Shown piece after piece: positions 61,940 through 64,000 of a stretch of 64,000 nt of DNA. The DNA lies in assembly GCA_019058275.1 (NCBI GenBank), contig JAHLVW010000108.1, forward strand, positions 20,919-84,918. The letters run 5' to 3'. Source of the DNA: Candidatus Heimdallarchaeota archaeon (GTDB lineage Archaea; Asgardarchaeota; Heimdallarchaeia; JABLTI01). A program made the translations under genes and the position numbers. Below the pieces are notes generated by a model, which saw only the letters and a program-made list of their open reading frames with translations, was not told where the DNA came from and did not search any database. The first letter of the stretch is position 1. Every line of letters starts with the position of its first letter.

Positions 61940-62908
61940 CTATAATAGGTCATGATGATGCGTTTTTAAACAAACATCAAATCGTTTTTTGATAGAGGAT
62001 GTAATAGTTTGAAGTTTTTTCTTAATATCATCCGAAGCTAAAGAATCAGCAATTAATTCTGCAAATGCATCTCTTCCTAAAGGAAGATTCAACAAAAAGA
62101 AGATTAGTGAAACACGTAAATAATTAAGTATCTTAAGGAAAAGTTTTGGAAGCTCTTTATTCCAATCCTCTGGATATTTCGAACCATGAACAATTTTATT
62201 ACGATAATTGTAAGCTCGTTTTACATAACTTTTAACCTGAGGTTGATCAAAATCAAATTCTTCAAGCAATTTAGAAACTCTTTGACTAAGTTTTGCAGCT
62301 TTTCCAGAAGTGAATTTTGGAAGAAATAGCGGTTCCAAACCCATCACTGCAAATAACAGGCGACGTTCAATGCTAATATCATCTCTCATAGACCAGTCAA
62401 AGCGTTCAAGAGCGAATTGAATAGCCTTATGTTTATCATCTTTCAATTGTTGTTGAAAAAGGGGCAATAGGGTTGTTGCAAAATCAGTGAGTTTATCCTT
62501 GTTAATTACTGGAAGAGTCCAAATATAATCAGGTTTTTTATGTTGGAAAGAACTTTTGTTTAATTTAGTCGTCTTGATTATTCTTTCTGGGAAAAAAACT
62601 CGATATGAGATATAAACTTCCCCAAAGCTAAATAGTCGTATAATAGTTAACAAGTGATTTTCTAATTCGAAAAGATCAGCTATTTTGGTGATTTTTGGAT
62701 ACATTTTAAGAATGAATAAACCAGGCAGATGGATTTCTTCTTGATTGATAAATACAGCAAACTCATTGATTTTGTCAAAATCACTATCATCATATTTCTT
62801 TAAATAATAATCAGTTCCTAATGAAACATTTTGATAAATCTCCAAACCAGATAAAGTTGCAAGATAAAAAATTCTTATTGGACGATTAAGAAGCTCGTCT
62901 ATAAACAC
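61940..62908 (-). CDS. ApeA-like HEPN domain protein (putative RNase)
   Basis: GLEPLF...KLSQRVS.LL...AYNYRNKIVHG (Rx4H). Confidence 0.85.
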   Translation of the reverse strand: MFIDELLNRPIRIFYLATLSGLEIYQNVSLGTDYYLKKYDDSDFDKINEFAVFINQEEIHLPGLFILKMYPKITKIADLFELENHLLTIIRLFSFGEVYISYRVFFPERIIKTTKLNKSSFQHKKPDYIWTLPVINKDKLTDFATTLLPLFQQQLKDDKHKAIQFALERFDWSMRDDISIERRLLFAVMGLEPLFLPKFTSGKAAKLSQRVSKLLEEFDFDQPQVKSYVKRAYNYRNKIVHGSKYPEDWNKELPKLFLKILNYLRVSLIFFLLNLPLGRDAFAELIADSLASDDIKKKLQTITSSIKKRFDVCLKTHHHDLL

Positions 62909-63471
62909 ATCCGCATATCGTTGTTAAGAGAATTGGATAATATTCCTCGATGATGATTCATTAGATTTGCATAAATCAAATTGTTCAGAAATTGTTTAGC
63001 TCGATCTTTTGGATCAATTACAATCTCATAAGATGTATCAAGACCTTCTCGATAATTTGAAACCAACTCTTCTTGTAAATTAAGATACTCAGGTAAATCT
63101 GGAATGTCCTTTGTTAATGAAAACAAATTGATTCTTGGATGTTGATTTAAGTAGATACTAACAATTCTTTTCGCATAATTAGGTATAATAAACTGTAGAT
63201 TGGATGTTTTAACTCCTAGTGCATTTAAAAAAGGCTTAAGAAAATCAAATCCGAAATTTATTTCAGAAGTATGAATTATTAATTGTTGATTAGTATAATT
63301 AGTAAAAGCATGCTTGTATAATTGATCGACGAACTCTTTAGTTAATAACTCAAGATTAATTGATGGTGCTTCTTCATTAGAAACAACAATTTCATCAATT
63401 ATCCCAGATACTTTAGATGTAAAATGTGAAATTGACACATCAACAAGCTTAATCAAATCAGAAATTTCCAT
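62899..63471 (-). CDS. Hypothetical protein
   Basis: 190 aa ORF overlapping the HEPN gene start. Confidence 0.6.
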   Translation of the reverse strand: MEISDLIKLVDVSISHFTSKVSGIIDEIVVSNEEAPSINLELLTKEFVDQLYKHAFTNYTNQQLIIHTSEINFGFDFLKPFLNALGVKTSNLQFIIPNYAKRIVSIYLNQHPRINLFSLTKDIPDLPEYLNLQEELVSNYREGLDTSYEIVIDPKDRAKQFLNNLIYANLMNHHRGILSNSLNNDMRMCL

Positions 63472-63547
63472 CTCAAGAATAACCCCAACAAAGAATAATA
63501 GAAAAAGAACGAATTAAAGGTTCCGAAGAAAGGAGATAGCAAACAGA

Positions 63548-63668
63548 ACTCTTCTCAAGACAAAAACACTCGTGAGAAGAGAAAAGAGGAAAAGAATAAA
63601 AATCAGTAAGAATATCCAAAGAAGCATTGCTTCAACAAAAGAAGAAACTCTTCTCAAGTGAGAAGAGA
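63548..63668. repeat. Two palindromic units CTCTTCTCA...TGAGAAGAG
   Basis: 63549-63581 (15-nt spacer) and 63648-63667 (2-nt spacer). Confidence 0.6.
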
Positions 63669-63699
63669 TGGAGAAAGCAGGAAATGAAAAAAGAAAGCC

Positions 63700-63922
63700 A
63701 GTGTGGAGCCTGTTGGAACATCTGTGACTATGACGCTGTTATTTTTGGTGAACCAAAAGGCGGTACTGGCATTAGATTCGAATATGGATAAAAATTTGAT
63801 AAATAACAAATAAGGTGATGTAATTGGCAACAGAAGAAGAAATACTTGCTGAAATGAACAATTTTCGAACAAAATTTGTAAGTGAGAAATTTGCTAAACA
63901 TTTCAAAGGGTATGGCAGTTGA
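63700..63922 (+). pseudogene. Paralogous remnant of the ferredoxin 3' end plus the SCP2 5' end
   Basis: CGACWNICDYDAVIFGEPKGGTGIRFEYG* (to 63791), then MATEEEILAEMNNFRTKFVSEKFAKHFKG (from 63824); matches about 49339-49530. Confidence 0.85.
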
Positions 63923-64000
63923 TTAAAGTTTGGACAAATAAGACAGATGAAATCTATGGAAGATTGGTGAACTGTTTAGGATATATTTCTTAATAGTGAC

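Larger units (their letters stand above)
49348..63733. mobile_element. About 14.4 kb genomic/defence island bounded by a 23-bp direct repeat
   Basis: TGTTGGAACATCTGTGACTATGA at 49348-49370 and 63711-63733; accessory cargo between; no integrase seen. Confidence 0.5.

Overview
AT-rich archaeal chromosome segment, most likely from an Asgard (Heimdallarchaeia-like) archaeon; this is inferred from the archaeal uL16/uL1/uL10, Alba, Sec61beta, NOB1, a Roadblock protein and many zinc-ribbon proteins. The housekeeping backbone (rpl10e, rpl1-rplP0, nob1, nadK, a two-intron tRNA-Pro, smc-scpA, moxR/DUF58, hypE, alba, fixCX-like) is interrupted by three decaying accessory regions. (1) About 3.4-7.4 kb: an array-less, cas1-less RAMP module (Cas7-like plus Cas5-like/HD fusion, each broken by a stop at codon 15), with a foldable segment over its 3' end, a divergent AbrB regulator and a train of small acidic ORFs. 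(2) About 15.8-19.0 kb: a TnpB pseudogene and a LAGLIDADG-HTH pseudogene. (3) About 49.3-63.9 kb: a ~14 kb island bracketed by two copies of the ferredoxin-3'/SCP2 locus, carrying a membrane HerA/VirD4-like ATPase, a secreted caspase-fold protein, a TIR/NDT-like fragment, an AbrB plus TnpB with a putative omegaRNA, and a HEPN protein. The RAMP module and the second TnpB share the same divergent-AbrB promoter architecture. A ~230 nt structured orphan ncRNA lies at 42.8-43.1 kb. All calls come from reading motifs by eye; no searches were run.
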